Program-made: the position numbers and the translations under genes | In this document: piece after piece, positions 9,637 through 20,391 of the stretch | Position numbering within the stretch: position 1 is the stretch's first letter | Layout of the letters: each line of letters starts with the position of its first letter | Notes under the pieces: model-generated | Told to the model about the DNA's origin: nothing | What the model saw: the letters and a program-made list of their open reading frames with translations, nothing else | Databases searched by the model: none | Source: Candidatus Babeliales bacterium | Lineage (GTDB): Bacteria; Babelota; Babeliae; Babelales; JANWKD01 | Length of the DNA: 64,000 bases | NCBI GenBank assembly: GCA_963722075.1 | Contig: CAVRJM010000001.1 | Span: 1,184,001-1,248,000, forward strand | Direction: 5' to 3'

Positions 9637-10848
9637 TTATCCCATTTGAGTCATTTTCATCATTGGTTGAACGACTGACATAACTACAAAGCCAACCACC
9701 ACCGCCATTATTAACAGCATTATTGGCTCAAGTTTAGAAGCAAGGCTATCAGAAAACTCCGAAAGATCTGCTTCATAATTTTTTGCTACGGTTAATAACA
9801 TTAAGTCAAGCTGGCCACTCTCTTCTCCTGTTTTTAAAAGGTAGATTGCAATAGGAGGAAAAATTCCCGTTTGGCGTAAATATTCAGCAATCTTACCTTG
9901 TTTGATAATATTTTCACGCGCTTTATTAAGGGCATCTTTTAATATTCGATTATCAATAATTTTTACCACAATATCTAAAGCTTCAGAAAGATTAACGCCA
10001 CTTTCCATGAGCATACCCAGCGTGCGACTAAATTGAACAACGGCACCCATGCGGGTAAAAAATTTTATTATAGGAATTTTTAATTTAATATTATCAATGG
10101 TTTTAGCCCCTTGGGGGGTTTTACTCCAATAACGATACGCAATAACTAATATTATTATAAAAATGGCAATATATAAATAATATGTCCGTAAAAAATCTGA
10201 AGTAGCCATTAAACTACGTGTCGATAATGGCAGCTCAGCTCCTTGGGAGGCCAGCGTTTCAGTTAATGTTGGTATGACAAAGGTTAATAAGCCAACAATT
10301 ACAATAACAACAACAATTAATTGGATAATGGGATAGGTAAGCGCTCCCTTTACTTTCTTTTGTAATTCGGCACGCCGTTCCATATATTCAACTAAACGGT
10401 CTAAAATGACTTCAAGTTTACCGCTTGCTTCCCCGGCACGTACCAATTGAACGTAAATAGTGTCAAAGACTTTAGGGTATTTACTTAAGCCATCAGCAAA
10501 TGATTTACCCTCTTTAATACCATCTTTAATGGAAATAACTATTGATTTTAATCTCCCTTCAAATTGTTCAATCAACAATTCCAATGCCTGCAGTAATGGA
10601 ATGCCTGATTTAAGAAGCACTGATAGCTGTTTGGTAAATAAGATCTTATCTTTAAGTGAGACCTTTTTTTGCAATAATCTTTTATACCAGGGTTGTGCGC
10701 CTAATTGATCTTTGGCAATTTGAACTGAAATAGGGTACATCCCTTGCTTAGCTAATTGCTGCAAGACTGCTTCTTGGGAGGGGGCATCCAATGTACCTTT
10801 AGTTTTTTTGCCATCCTTGCCATATGCTTGGTAAGAATATAAAGCCAT
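9637..10848 (-). CDS. gspF: Type II secretion / type IV pilus inner-membrane platform protein GspF/PilC
   Basis: Two GspF domains (LVRAGEASGKL, TGEESGQLD), ALTYP, LEPIM. Confidence 0.93.
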   Translation of the reverse strand: MALYSYQAYGKDGKKTKGTLDAPSQEAVLQQLAKQGMYPISVQIAKDQLGAQPWYKRLLQKKVSLKDKILFTKQLSVLLKSGIPLLQALELLIEQFEGRLKSIVISIKDGIKEGKSFADGLSKYPKVFDTIYVQLVRAGEASGKLEVILDRLVEYMERRAELQKKVKGALTYPIIQLIVVVIVIVGLLTFVIPTLTETLASQGAELPLSTRSLMATSDFLRTYYLYIAIFIIILVIAYRYWSKTPQGAKTIDNIKLKIPIIKFFTRMGAVVQFSRTLGMLMESGVNLSEALDIVVKIIDNRILKDALNKARENIIKQGKIAEYLRQTGIFPPIAIYLLKTGEESGQLDLMLLTVAKNYEADLSEFSDSLASKLEPIMLLIMAVVVGFVVMSVVQPMMKMTQMG

Positions 10849-10942
10849 GCACTATCTTTCTTTATTTGTATAAAAAATAATTTTCATGATAAGATACATT
10901 TCTATACAATCCTTTCTTTTATTTTACTTATAAGGAGTTACT

Positions 10943-11908
10943 ATGAAAAGTACAACATTTTTGTTTTTCATCGTTTTACTTCTTGGTTTTTCATTAAATA
11001 CGATGCAGGGATATATTGCCCAAGAAGATGATAAAGATTTTCTATATGCTTGTTGTATGCCGCTAGATTTTAATCAACCCCGTATTATCCATGGATTTTT
11101 AAAGCGCATTTTAAGTGATAAACGATATGCATATGAATATTTTCCTTATAATATTAATTCTCATCTTATGCAATTTTTAGATCATGGTAAAGCTGTTAAA
11201 CATAATGCAACGTATACAGAATCATCATTGCGCTTATTTTATAATTGTATGAAGCGTGCACCATTCGTATGTAATAAAGCTTTTTCAGAGCTTCTTGATA
11301 AGGCTCCTCAATTATTAAATAATATTTCCAAAAATAATAATACCTATTCATTTTTTGATACCATTGAACAAAAAATGATGGGCGTATTTGTGCCAACTTT
11401 TTTACATCAGTTCCCCTTATTTAAAGCTAATCCTGAAGAATTTTTTAAAAGTCTTTCGCATGAATTGCGTATGATGATTGAAAGTACTTTCAACGCGCAA
11501 GATCATATTGCTCATGAACAAATGAAACAAATGTTTGTTCGTTTTGTAGAATTAGGGCTCTTAAAATTAATGTGGGATCCTTATAATTACGATGAATTAT
11601 GGAGTTCGGTAAAGCATATTTCTTTACAGCTTGAACAAGTTGCACAAATGGGATTAATCACCATTGATGAGCTTGATGATTGTTATAAATCATTACTAGA
11701 AAGTTTTTATCGCTTTGTTGATTTAAATGGGGCAGAGTTTCCTATGGCATTGATAGAAACTATTAAGGAAGATTTAGCATCACAAAAATTACTGCTATTT
11801 GAATTAGAAGAGCAAGAAGCGTCGCTTGAAAGCAAACGAGAACGCATGATCGGTGTATTAATTGATTTGGAAGCGCAGATTGAAGCACGTAAACGTGGAA
11901 TAATTTAA
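10943..11908 (+). CDS. Hypothetical secreted helical protein
   Basis: 321-aa ORF with AAGGAG RBS and signal peptide ending LNT|MQ. Confidence 0.7.
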   Translation: MKSTTFLFFIVLLLGFSLNTMQGYIAQEDDKDFLYACCMPLDFNQPRIIHGFLKRILSDKRYAYEYFPYNINSHLMQFLDHGKAVKHNATYTESSLRLFYNCMKRAPFVCNKAFSELLDKAPQLLNNISKNNNTYSFFDTIEQKMMGVFVPTFLHQFPLFKANPEEFFKSLSHELRMMIESTFNAQDHIAHEQMKQMFVRFVELGLLKLMWDPYNYDELWSSVKHISLQLEQVAQMGLITIDELDDCYKSLLESFYRFVDLNGAEFPMALIETIKEDLASQKLLLFELEEQEASLESKRERMIGVLIDLEAQIEARKRGII

Positions 11909-11930
11909 TACAATAAAATTAAAGGACAAT

Positions 11931-12338
11931 ATGATAAAAAAATTATTATGTGCCAGTTTGTTAATGGGCGTAATGGTTAATGCCGAATCAGAAGCACCAA
12001 AAAAGGATAAATATGAAGAATGGTGTGATAATTTACGTTTAAATGAAGAGCAGTTAAAATTACTGAAAATTGCCATTAAAAAGAAATTGCATCACAAGCT
12101 ACCGGGCTCGTCTATTGATTTGTCAAAAAACGAAGATGATCTTTTAGCTCTCGCCTGGAGGCAAATATATCATTTAGGCATGGTAGATTGGCTTTATTAC
12201 GGCGCCGCTAATCATCAACTGAGAGACGAAGAAATAATAAGTAAAAATCTATTAAATATACATGACCAGGTGTATAAAAAATGTAATGTTTGTGTCAAAA
12301 AGAAATTAGCAGCGCTCAAAGAACAAAAAACTCAATAG
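11931..12338 (+). CDS. Hypothetical secreted protein
   Basis: Signal peptide ending VNA; AAGGA RBS. Confidence 0.6.
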   Translation: MIKKLLCASLLMGVMVNAESEAPKKDKYEEWCDNLRLNEEQLKLLKIAIKKKLHHKLPGSSIDLSKNEDDLLALAWRQIYHLGMVDWLYYGAANHQLRDEEIISKNLLNIHDQVYKKCNVCVKKKLAALKEQKTQ

Positions 12339-12354
12339 AAAAAAAGGGGAGTAG

Positions 12355-12771
12355 ATGAAAGTAATTAATTTCTTAGCGGCTATTTTTGTCATTTTTTCTC
12401 TCAGCGCCGATCCCATTATTAATTATGCACAAATTGATCAATGGTGTGCGCAGGCAAAAAAATTGGAAAGCGAAGAAAAGAAATTATTGACTTCCTATTT
12501 TCAATTGGTACAGAACCTAGCGCAATCATGTATTAAGAACCATCATTGGCTCCATACCGATGAAGGCAAAAAGGTACAGCAAGAAATTGATGAAGCGGTT
12601 CAGCAACTTCTTGAAAACAAAAACCTTAAACCTGTTTTTGATAATTTTACGGTATTAATCCATGAAGAAACCAATCAAAAGCAGCAGGATACTGATTGTC
12701 AAAATCCCCACACGTTTTATTACACAATTTTAGAAATGGTGGTTGAGGGATGCCTAGTATGTATTCAATGA
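12355..12771 (+). CDS. Hypothetical secreted protein
   Basis: Signal peptide ending LSA; GGGGAG RBS. Confidence 0.6.
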   Translation: MKVINFLAAIFVIFSLSADPIINYAQIDQWCAQAKKLESEEKKLLTSYFQLVQNLAQSCIKNHHWLHTDEGKKVQQEIDEAVQQLLENKNLKPVFDNFTVLIHEETNQKQQDTDCQNPHTFYYTILEMVVEGCLVCIQ

Positions 12772-13736
12772 TGCAATTGCACATATCTACTATACGATAA
12801 ATAACCGCGTGCCAATTCAGAAGAAAGGGCAAATCGTTCTTTAGGATCAGAAATGAATACTCCTTCGGTCTCTACTTCTGAAGACTCCTCTGGGGCTTGT
12901 AAAGTTCTTACGTAAGGCAATACCTTGGTAACTAATTCTAACTCGGTGATTTCTTTTTGTTGATGTCGGCGAATTAACGGTTCTTCATCATCTTGATTGT
13001 GCAATTTATTGATTAACCAATGTATGCCGCGCATACACCAAGGAAGTTCTAAATAACGCGCTTTTTTAACTGATTCAAAGAGATCCGACGAAATAGCAAT
13101 AGTTCTTTGAGTAGCTCTTTTTCGGATATCGTTTTTTACCAATATAGCTGGATTTAATGAATGTCCCTTTTGTTTTCCAGCTATTTGCATAATATCTTTT
13201 TGCGTGGTGAATAATGCTGCCAATGCTAATAAACCGCCAGCAATTAACCCCTCTTTACCATTCTTGTTATATAAAGCAGCGAGTGATTCACCCATTCCCA
13301 CCCCCAAAAGACCGCCTACCAATAGTTTTCTCAATGTACATAATTCATTAGTGTCTTTAGTTTTTTTGCAAAAGAGTGAAGCCCCAAGTGCACCGATAGA
13401 TGTTCGATAGCCAATTGCATAAGAAGCGTCACCATCGACGTAAGACATTTTAGAATTACATACTAATTGAGCGCCAGTACCAATAAGTGCGGATGATAAT
13501 ACAGTGTTAGAAATTCCTTCATCAAGAAGAAAACATAATCCAATATAAGCCGATAAAACCCCCATTCCTACCCGTATCCCTTTTATATACAAAGGCTCTG
13601 GCTGTGAAAGATCTTTTAATTTTATTGTATTAAATATTGTACTCATGACATCAAGCATAGTTCCTTCCATTGCTTGTAATGAGCAAGAACTATTTATCAA
13701 TAGACTTAAAACCAGTATATACCATTTTTTTATCAT
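12765..13736 (-). CDS. Hypothetical secreted/membrane protein with Gly-rich hydrophobic helices
   Basis: Signal ending LQA|ME; several Gly-rich hydrophobic segments. Confidence 0.65.
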   Translation of the reverse strand: MIKKWYILVLSLLINSSCSLQAMEGTMLDVMSTIFNTIKLKDLSQPEPLYIKGIRVGMGVLSAYIGLCFLLDEGISNTVLSSALIGTGAQLVCNSKMSYVDGDASYAIGYRTSIGALGASLFCKKTKDTNELCTLRKLLVGGLLGVGMGESLAALYNKNGKEGLIAGGLLALAALFTTQKDIMQIAGKQKGHSLNPAILVKNDIRKRATQRTIAISSDLFESVKKARYLELPWCMRGIHWLINKLHNQDDEEPLIRRHQQKEITELELVTKVLPYVRTLQAPEESSEVETEGVFISDPKERFALSSELARGYLSYSRYVQLHH

Positions 13737-13813
13737 ACATTTTCCCTATAAAAAATACGTAATAGTAGTATTATAAAAATTTAGAAGGGGAAAAACAATT
13801 TTTAGGAACTTTT

Positions 13814-14290
13814 ATGAATCTCCAAATATCAGCATACTTTTTTCTTAGTATTGTATCTATTAATTCCCTTACTTTTTCAATGAATAATCAGCAGGCGCAT
13901 GAAAAAAAGGTTATTGAAAATATAATAGCTTATAGCATGCAAGAAATATCTTCATTTGAAGAACTACAAAGATTTGTTGGATCTATTGTAGTGATTGATG
14001 CAATTCGCCCAAAGCCAATTCCTAAAAAATATACTATTTTGGACATTGATACGAGCCATTGGTGTGGACATATTGAGCCGACTCCTTATAACGACAATAA
14101 GGGCGATCTTTGTTTTAACTTAGCGCGCTTAATAAAAAATGGTAATTTTGCTAAAAGTTATTTAATTACCCAAAAAAAGTTAAAAAAAGGATTGCTGATA
14201 CGAATGACAACGTTAAAAGAACAAATCGCTATACAAGAAGCAGTCGACAATGATGAAGCGCATTTTGAATATTATAGAGTGATTGATTGA
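13814..14290 (+). CDS. Hypothetical secreted protein
   Basis: Signal ending TFS|MN; AGGA RBS. Confidence 0.6.
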   Translation: MNLQISAYFFLSIVSINSLTFSMNNQQAHEKKVIENIIAYSMQEISSFEELQRFVGSIVVIDAIRPKPIPKKYTILDIDTSHWCGHIEPTPYNDNKGDLCFNLARLIKNGNFAKSYLITQKKLKKGLLIRMTTLKEQIAIQEAVDNDEAHFEYYRVID

Positions 14291-14380
14291 AATAAGGTAA
14301 TAAGCGCTGAATTTCACTTGTATTAATATTCAGGATACACTAAAAATAGTACTATTTTTTTACCAAGTGAGATTATTAAA

Positions 14381-16981
14381 ATGAGTTCGTTAGAGATTCG
14401 TAAGCTTTTTTTCGATTTTTTTTATAGTAATGGTCATACCAAAGTTCCTAGTTCTTCCCTAATTCCCGTGCAAGATCCAACAATTTTATTTACTAATGCC
14501 GGCATGAATCAATTTAAAGATGTTTTTCTGGGTAAAGAGACACGCAGTTATGGGCGCGCAGTAAGTATTCAAAAATGTATGCGAGCAGGTGGTAAGCATA
14601 ATGATCTTGATAATGTAGGTTTTACTAAGCGCCATTTAACCTTTTTTGAAATGATGGGAAATTTCTCTTTTGGCGATTATTTTAAAAAAGAAGCTATTCA
14701 ATTTGCCTGGGATTTCTTAACCAAAGTTATTAAATTTAATGAAAAGCAACTTTACGCTTCTGTTTATAAAAAAGATGATGAAGCGTATGCCATTTGGCAT
14801 GAATTGATCGGGTTGCCTCAAGAACGCATTGTGCGCCTTGGTGAAGCTGATAATTTTTGGCAAATGGGTGATACCGGTCCGTGTGGACCATGTTCTGAAA
14901 TTTATGTTGATCGTGGTCTAGAACTTGGTTGCGGTGATCAAACATGCGCACCCGGATGCCACTGTGATCGATTTCTTGAAGTATGGAATTTAGTTTTCAT
15001 GCAGTTTGATCGACAACCGGATGGCTCTGACGTTCCGTTAAAACGAGTCGGCGTTGATACGGGTATGGGCTTGGAGCGGTTATGCGCAATAATCCAACAA
15101 AAAGATTCAGTTTTTCAAACCGATTTATTTACGCCAATTATTAATCATATTGAAGAATTGAGCGGCTTGGTATATGAAAAACAAGCTGATACGATAAAAG
15201 CAGCCTTTCATGTGCTGGCTGATCATATTCGCGCAGCTACCTTTTTAATTGCTGATGGTTGTGCTCCTTCCAATGAAGGTCGCGGCTATGTTTTGCGAAA
15301 AATAATTCGACGCGCAGCGCTTTTTTCTAATAAAATTACCGAATCAGTGATTTTCCCCCAGTTGGCAAATACCGTTGTTGAGCAAATGGCCGATATTTAT
15401 CCGGAATTAATTACGGCACGTTCAATTGTGATGGCGGTATTGCAATCAGAAATAGAAAAATTTGCTACTAATTTAGTACATGGCCAGCATATTTTGGCTA
15501 GCTTCATGAAAGAAGAAACAAAATCAAAAAAAATAGCAGGGCAACAGGTATTTAAATTATATGACACCTATGGATTTCCGGCAGAATTAACGGAATTGAT
15601 TGCTCAAGAGCATGGCTTTACGGTTGATAAAAAAGCATTCGAGGATCTTATGGAAAAACAACGTGAGCAATCGGGTAAAAAAACGCACTATGGATCAGCA
15701 ATAAAAATTCCTGATACCCTTAAAACAACATTTAGGGGATATGAACAATTCGAAACTACCTCTACCATTGTTGCATTGATTAGTAATAATGAGCTGGTGA
15801 AACAAGTCAAAAAAGGTCAAGAATGTATTATCATACCTAAAGAAACGCCCTTTTATGTGGAATGCGGTGGACAGGTTAGCGATCAAGCGGTGGTTGAAAT
15901 TGATCAACATGTTGTTCCAGTAACACAATTACAAAAAATTGACGGCGCAATAGGATTTACGATTATTACTCCAGCGGATCTTGTGGTGGGTGATTCTATT
16001 AAACAAGTGGTTAATAAACAAGCACGTTTGAACACCATGAAGAATCATACTGCTACGCATTTACTGCAGGCGGCACTTATAGAAGTGCTTGGCAAACAAG
16101 TTAAACAAGCAGGCTCTTTAGTGGTTCCTGATTACCTTCGCTTTGATTTTACCTATCATGAGAATTTAACGGCAGATCAAATTAAAAAAGTAGAAGATAT
16201 AGTAAATGCCAAAATACAAGAAAATATTCCCGTAAAAATTACTCATACCACTTATAAAGATGCCGTCAATAAAGGTGTTATTGCCTTTTTTGGTGATAAA
16301 TACAATCCGGAAGACGTGCGCGTGGTTGAAGTGCCCGGTTTTTCAGCAGAATTATGTGGTGGTACCCATGTACGAGCAACGGGAGATATTGGTTGTTTTA
16401 AAATTATCGAAGTTACTGCATTATCAGCAGGCCAGCGTCGTTTAGTTGCCCTTACGGGTCCTAAAGCAATAGAGCTGTATCAAGAATGTTTCGCAATTAC
16501 TAAAACGTTGTCGCAAGAATTTAAAGTACAACAAGGCGACATTCTTACTGCGGTTGAAAAACAGCGTGAACAATATAAAGAATTATTGCATACCTATAAA
16601 AAAATAAAACAGCACATGATGATGGCTCAGCTACCGCAATTATTACAGCAAATAGAGCTTATTAATGATATTCCATTTTTAGGGGTGCAGTGCAATGATT
16701 GCAGTAATACTGAATTAAAAGAACTGGTTCATAAGTTGCAACTACAAAAACCAGCACTGTATATAGCAGTAAGCGCTGATGAGCATGGTTCAGCTTCTTT
16801 TTACCTAGAAGGAGCAAAGCATTACGAAAATAAAATCGATGTTGCTTCATTGCGGCAATGGCTTGAAAAGCAAGGATTAAAATCGGGGGGCAAAGGGCTC
16901 ACACTGCAAGGTGGGGGCGCTTTAAAAAAATCTGCTGCCTCTTTTTTTGATGAATTAAAACAATACTTAAGAAAATTATAG
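14381..16981 (+). CDS. alaS: Alanine--tRNA ligase
   Basis: FTNAGMNQFK, HLTFFEMMGNFSFGDYFK, GPCGPCSE, NHTATHLL, ELCGGTH. Confidence 0.99.
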   Translation: MSSLEIRKLFFDFFYSNGHTKVPSSSLIPVQDPTILFTNAGMNQFKDVFLGKETRSYGRAVSIQKCMRAGGKHNDLDNVGFTKRHLTFFEMMGNFSFGDYFKKEAIQFAWDFLTKVIKFNEKQLYASVYKKDDEAYAIWHELIGLPQERIVRLGEADNFWQMGDTGPCGPCSEIYVDRGLELGCGDQTCAPGCHCDRFLEVWNLVFMQFDRQPDGSDVPLKRVGVDTGMGLERLCAIIQQKDSVFQTDLFTPIINHIEELSGLVYEKQADTIKAAFHVLADHIRAATFLIADGCAPSNEGRGYVLRKIIRRAALFSNKITESVIFPQLANTVVEQMADIYPELITARSIVMAVLQSEIEKFATNLVHGQHILASFMKEETKSKKIAGQQVFKLYDTYGFPAELTELIAQEHGFTVDKKAFEDLMEKQREQSGKKTHYGSAIKIPDTLKTTFRGYEQFETTSTIVALISNNELVKQVKKGQECIIIPKETPFYVECGGQVSDQAVVEIDQHVVPVTQLQKIDGAIGFTIITPADLVVGDSIKQVVNKQARLNTMKNHTATHLLQAALIEVLGKQVKQAGSLVVPDYLRFDFTYHENLTADQIKKVEDIVNAKIQENIPVKITHTTYKDAVNKGVIAFFGDKYNPEDVRVVEVPGFSAELCGGTHVRATGDIGCFKIIEVTALSAGQRRLVALTGPKAIELYQECFAITKTLSQEFKVQQGDILTAVEKQREQYKELLHTYKKIKQHMMMAQLPQLLQQIELINDIPFLGVQCNDCSNTELKELVHKLQLQKPALYIAVSADEHGSASFYLEGAKHYENKIDVASLRQWLEKQGLKSGGKGLTLQGGGALKKSAASFFDELKQYLRKL

Positions 16982-17119
16982 ATTTAAATAGACAAGTAAA
17001 AGAAAAAGACAAAGTTTTGCAAAATTCTAGAAAGAAGCGTTGAAATAGGTTTATTGAGTTTTTTAAAAGCGTTATTAAAATTTTAACTCAAAGCTTAATG
17101 TGATTGTATTTAGAAAGCC

Positions 17120-17335
17120 GTCGTTGCGAGCTTGTCGAAGCAATCCAGGTTAAAATAAATGATTTACATTTATCCAAGTGAATGAGCAGGAAATCAAGTT
17201 CAGTATTAATAGTTAATAATTTCTTTTTTATAAAATAATAAATTATTGTTAGCATCATTGGTTTAATAAATAATGATATTCAATTGCCGAAAAGCTATGA
17301 TAAAGCCTGGATTGCTTCGACAAGCTCGCAACGAC
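17120..17335. repeat. MITE/REP-like element: perfect 30-bp terminal inverted repeats around a 156-bp AT-rich spacer
   Basis: GTCGTTGCGAGCTTGTCGAAGCAATCCAGG at 17120-17149 and its exact reverse complement at 17306-17335. Confidence 0.85.
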
Positions 17336-17417
17336 ATACATTTGCATATTTGCTCCAGTTGAGCAAAATTTTGTAATATCTATGAATGCTAATATCTAAA
17401 AAAATTGAAAAAAGATT

Positions 17418-19036
17418 TTGATTATGCAAAAAAAACCAATAGGTCATATTCTTTCCGGTTCGCTTGCTGATGGATTTACCATGCGCATAAAAGGGGGAAC
17501 TGCGCTTGAAGAAATAAAAACAGGTAAATTTGTTTCTATTGTAAGTAATCAGTACACTTTTTTTTCATTGATTACCGATTTGAATTTGGCAGTTACCGAT
17601 CCTGAAATTTTATTATTCCCGCCTTCTGCACAAGAAACGTTATTACTTGAGCTGCTTAAAACAAAAGATATTTATGCAACAGCGCATTTAAAGCCTATGC
17701 TTATGGTAAATAATCGACAAGAAATTATGCCCGTTAAAACCATTCCGGGCCATTTTTGCCCCGTCTATGAAGCCACAAATGAAGATGTTGCTTTAATTTT
17801 TGGTGATGAAGCGGGATGCTAGTAAGCGTTATTTTTCTATTGGCAATCCAGTGGATATGAAAACGCCCGTATGCTTAGATTTAGAACGATTAACCGAACG
17901 CAGTAATGGTATATTTGGTAAAACGGGTACGGGTAAAACCTTTTTAACACGTTTGGTACTTGCCGGTCTTATTAAACAAGAAAAAGCGGTTACCTTAATT
18001 TTTGATATGCATAGTGAATATGGGTTACAGGCTCGAACTGAAAATAAATCAGCATCATTTGTGAAAGGACTTAAAACACTTTTTCCTACCAAAGTAGTTA
18101 TTTTTTCATTAGATCCAGCATCTACACGGCGCCGTGGTGCGGCTGCTGATATAGAATTAATAATTCCTTATCATGCAATTGGCATCGAAGACATTCTTTC
18201 ATTGCAAGAAGAATTAAATTTACATGCAACGGCGGTTGAAGCAGCTTATTTAATTGCGGCACGTTATAAGCAAGAATGGCTTCAAGACATTACTTACGCA
18301 AGGAGAGCGCCTTAAAGAATTTGCTCAAGAATTAGGAGCGCATCCTGAATCAATTGCCGCATTATATAGAAAATTAAAACGCATTGAGCAATTACCCTTT
18401 TTTAAGCCAACTGATTACAGCGCTCGTGCCGAATCTGCTATTGATCAAATGATGGAATATATTGATCGAGGTATCAATATTATTGTTGAATTTGGCAATT
18501 TCACCTCTACTTTTTGTTATTTATTAGTTGCTAATATTATCACCAGGCGCATTCATCATGAATTTGTTAATAAAACAGAGCAATTTTTAGGCTCTGGACG
18601 TATGCAACAGGAACCTAAAAAATTAATGATCTGTATTGAAGAAGCGCATAAATTTTTAAATCCTTCAGCAGCGCGGCAAACTATTTTTGGTACTATTGCA
18701 CGCGAAATGCGTAAATATTATGTTTCTTTATTAGTAGTGGATCAACGCCCATCGGGAATTGATCCAGAAATTATTTCTCAAATTGGTACTAAAATTGTTG
18801 CCCAGTTAAATGATGAAAAAGATATTCAAGCAGTGCTAACGGGGGTAACCAATTCTTGTCAATTGCGTACCATTATTGCTTCGCTCGATAGCAAAAAACA
18901 AATCTTACTTCTAGGGCATGCAATTGCTATGCCAGTGGTAGTGCAAACACGCGAATATAATGAAGATTTTTATAAAGCGGTGAGCGATCAAATAACATAC
19001 AAAAATATCGATGAAGTTATTAACGAACTTTTTTAA
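17418..19036 (+). pseudogene. herA: HerA/DUF87-family helicase-like ATPase split by two +1 frameshifts (pseudogene or sequencing errors)
   Basis: Three overlapping ORFs give an N-terminal barrel region, Walker A GKTGTGKT with FDMHSEYG, then Walker B IEEAH with REMRKY and DQRPS; frame switches near 17810 and 18283. Confidence 0.75.
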
Positions 19037-19116
19037 ATAATTTTCTATTCAATTGAAAATAAAATAAAAAAAGTTAATCTTGTATGAGACGATTCAGAAT
19101 TTTATTGAGAGATTAC

Positions 19117-19791
19117 ATGTCTATATATAAGAATGTGCTTATTATTTTTTCTTTTGTTTTCATGAGTTGCTGTGCAATGAATGATGAGCAAAGGAGTTAT
19201 TCAACATTAATGATAGATTCTCCATTTGCTGATAGTGCAAATGTCCATGGCTATAATCAATATGCGTCTACTGAATTTCAGCGATATTGTTTTGAGAAAT
19301 TGATTCCTAAAGATGTTGTTGCTGATGTCTTACTTGAGTTATTTGAGAAAAAATTATTGATAATGTCCGATGAAGAGGCCGTGCATGGTGAAGAATCCCC
19401 TGCTGATTTCGATCAGCATATAAAACTATCTTCTCTTGAGCTACTTTCCTATAAACCGATATATGAAAAAGAAATTACAGCACTGCAAAAGGAACTGGAC
19501 GAAAAAAGACTTCCGCTTTCATTTGTTGTACCAACGGCAGGATTGTTAGCAATATCATTTGGGTCAATGGTGCAGTTTTCAATGCTCAAAGAGCCGTTGC
19601 TTAATTTCGATGAGGTTTCTGGTGTGGTCTGGGCGTCAATGATGCTTGCGGAGGGATTATATTTTGGATTTTATACCTCAAAAGATCGAAAAGAAGTAAA
19701 AATGCTTCGCCAGATCCACCGATTACAGAAAATCTTAAATTATATAAAGAAATTTGAAAACAAACCAAATCGAATACAGGTAGATTTATAA
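19117..19791 (+). CDS. Hypothetical secreted protein with coiled coil and two-TM hairpin
   Basis: Likely start MSIYKN; signal ending CCA|MN; two hydrophobic helices near the C-terminus. Confidence 0.6.
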   Translation: MSIYKNVLIIFSFVFMSCCAMNDEQRSYSTLMIDSPFADSANVHGYNQYASTEFQRYCFEKLIPKDVVADVLLELFEKKLLIMSDEEAVHGEESPADFDQHIKLSSLELLSYKPIYEKEITALQKELDEKRLPLSFVVPTAGLLAISFGSMVQFSMLKEPLLNFDEVSGVVWASMMLAEGLYFGFYTSKDRKEVKMLRQIHRLQKILNYIKKFENKPNRIQVDL

Positions 19792-19794
19792 ATT

Positions 19795-20391
19795 ATGAAT
19801 ATCTTAAACCGAATGTTAATTCTATTTTTTCTTGTCGCGCCTTCAAAAAGTTATTCAATGGAAGTAGGTAAAGTTTTTACTGATTTTCTTGCCAAGAATA
19901 ACGTTCTTGAAACTGCTGATAAATATGGTGCCGGAATTTTTGCATTAACGGCAGGCTCGGTTATAGGATATTCAATTTTATTTAATATTATTTCAGACCG
20001 TATAAGCCCTTATAAACAACGAGCAGGAAAAGATGCTAAACCAAATTCCTGGTTTGCAATAAAGCAAGGAATAAAAGAAGGATATAAGATGGGTTTAGGA
20101 ATAGGAGCTATGGTTACTCTCACAAGCAAAATTGGGCCATGGCCTACATTTAATAATAATGAGTTAATAAAGCCGTTGGCTTCAGGATTGGCTTTTATAG
20201 GGTTATTTTCTTTTTATGATAGTTACAAAAAACTTAAACTTTACGAGAAGTTTGAGAATGAATGGACAAAGAATAAGTTATTCGTGCGTGATGCAAAACT
20301 AACTTCTCAACATTTTGCATATCTAGCGCCGCTATGGTTATTAGGTTATATAGCACATCATCGCTTGCAAAAAAATTTGGTACTAATATGA
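19795..20391 (+). CDS. Hypothetical membrane protein, paralog 1 of a tandem trio
   Basis: Signal ending SYS|ME; motif SKIGPWPTFNNNELIKP shared with neighbours. Confidence 0.65.
   Translation: MNILNRMLILFFLVAPSKSYSMEVGKVFTDFLAKNNVLETADKYGAGIFALTAGSVIGYSILFNIISDRISPYKQRAGKDAKPNSWFAIKQGIKEGYKMGLGIGAMVTLTSKIGPWPTFNNNELIKPLASGLAFIGLFSFYDSYKKLKLYEKFENEWTKNKLFVRDAKLTSQHFAYLAPLWLLGYIAHHRLQKNLVLI

Noticed and set aside
17418..19036. HerA-based anti-phage system (Sir2-HerA or similar)
   Set aside because: No adjacent Sir2, nuclease or other defence partner; neighbours are alaS and orphan secreted proteins
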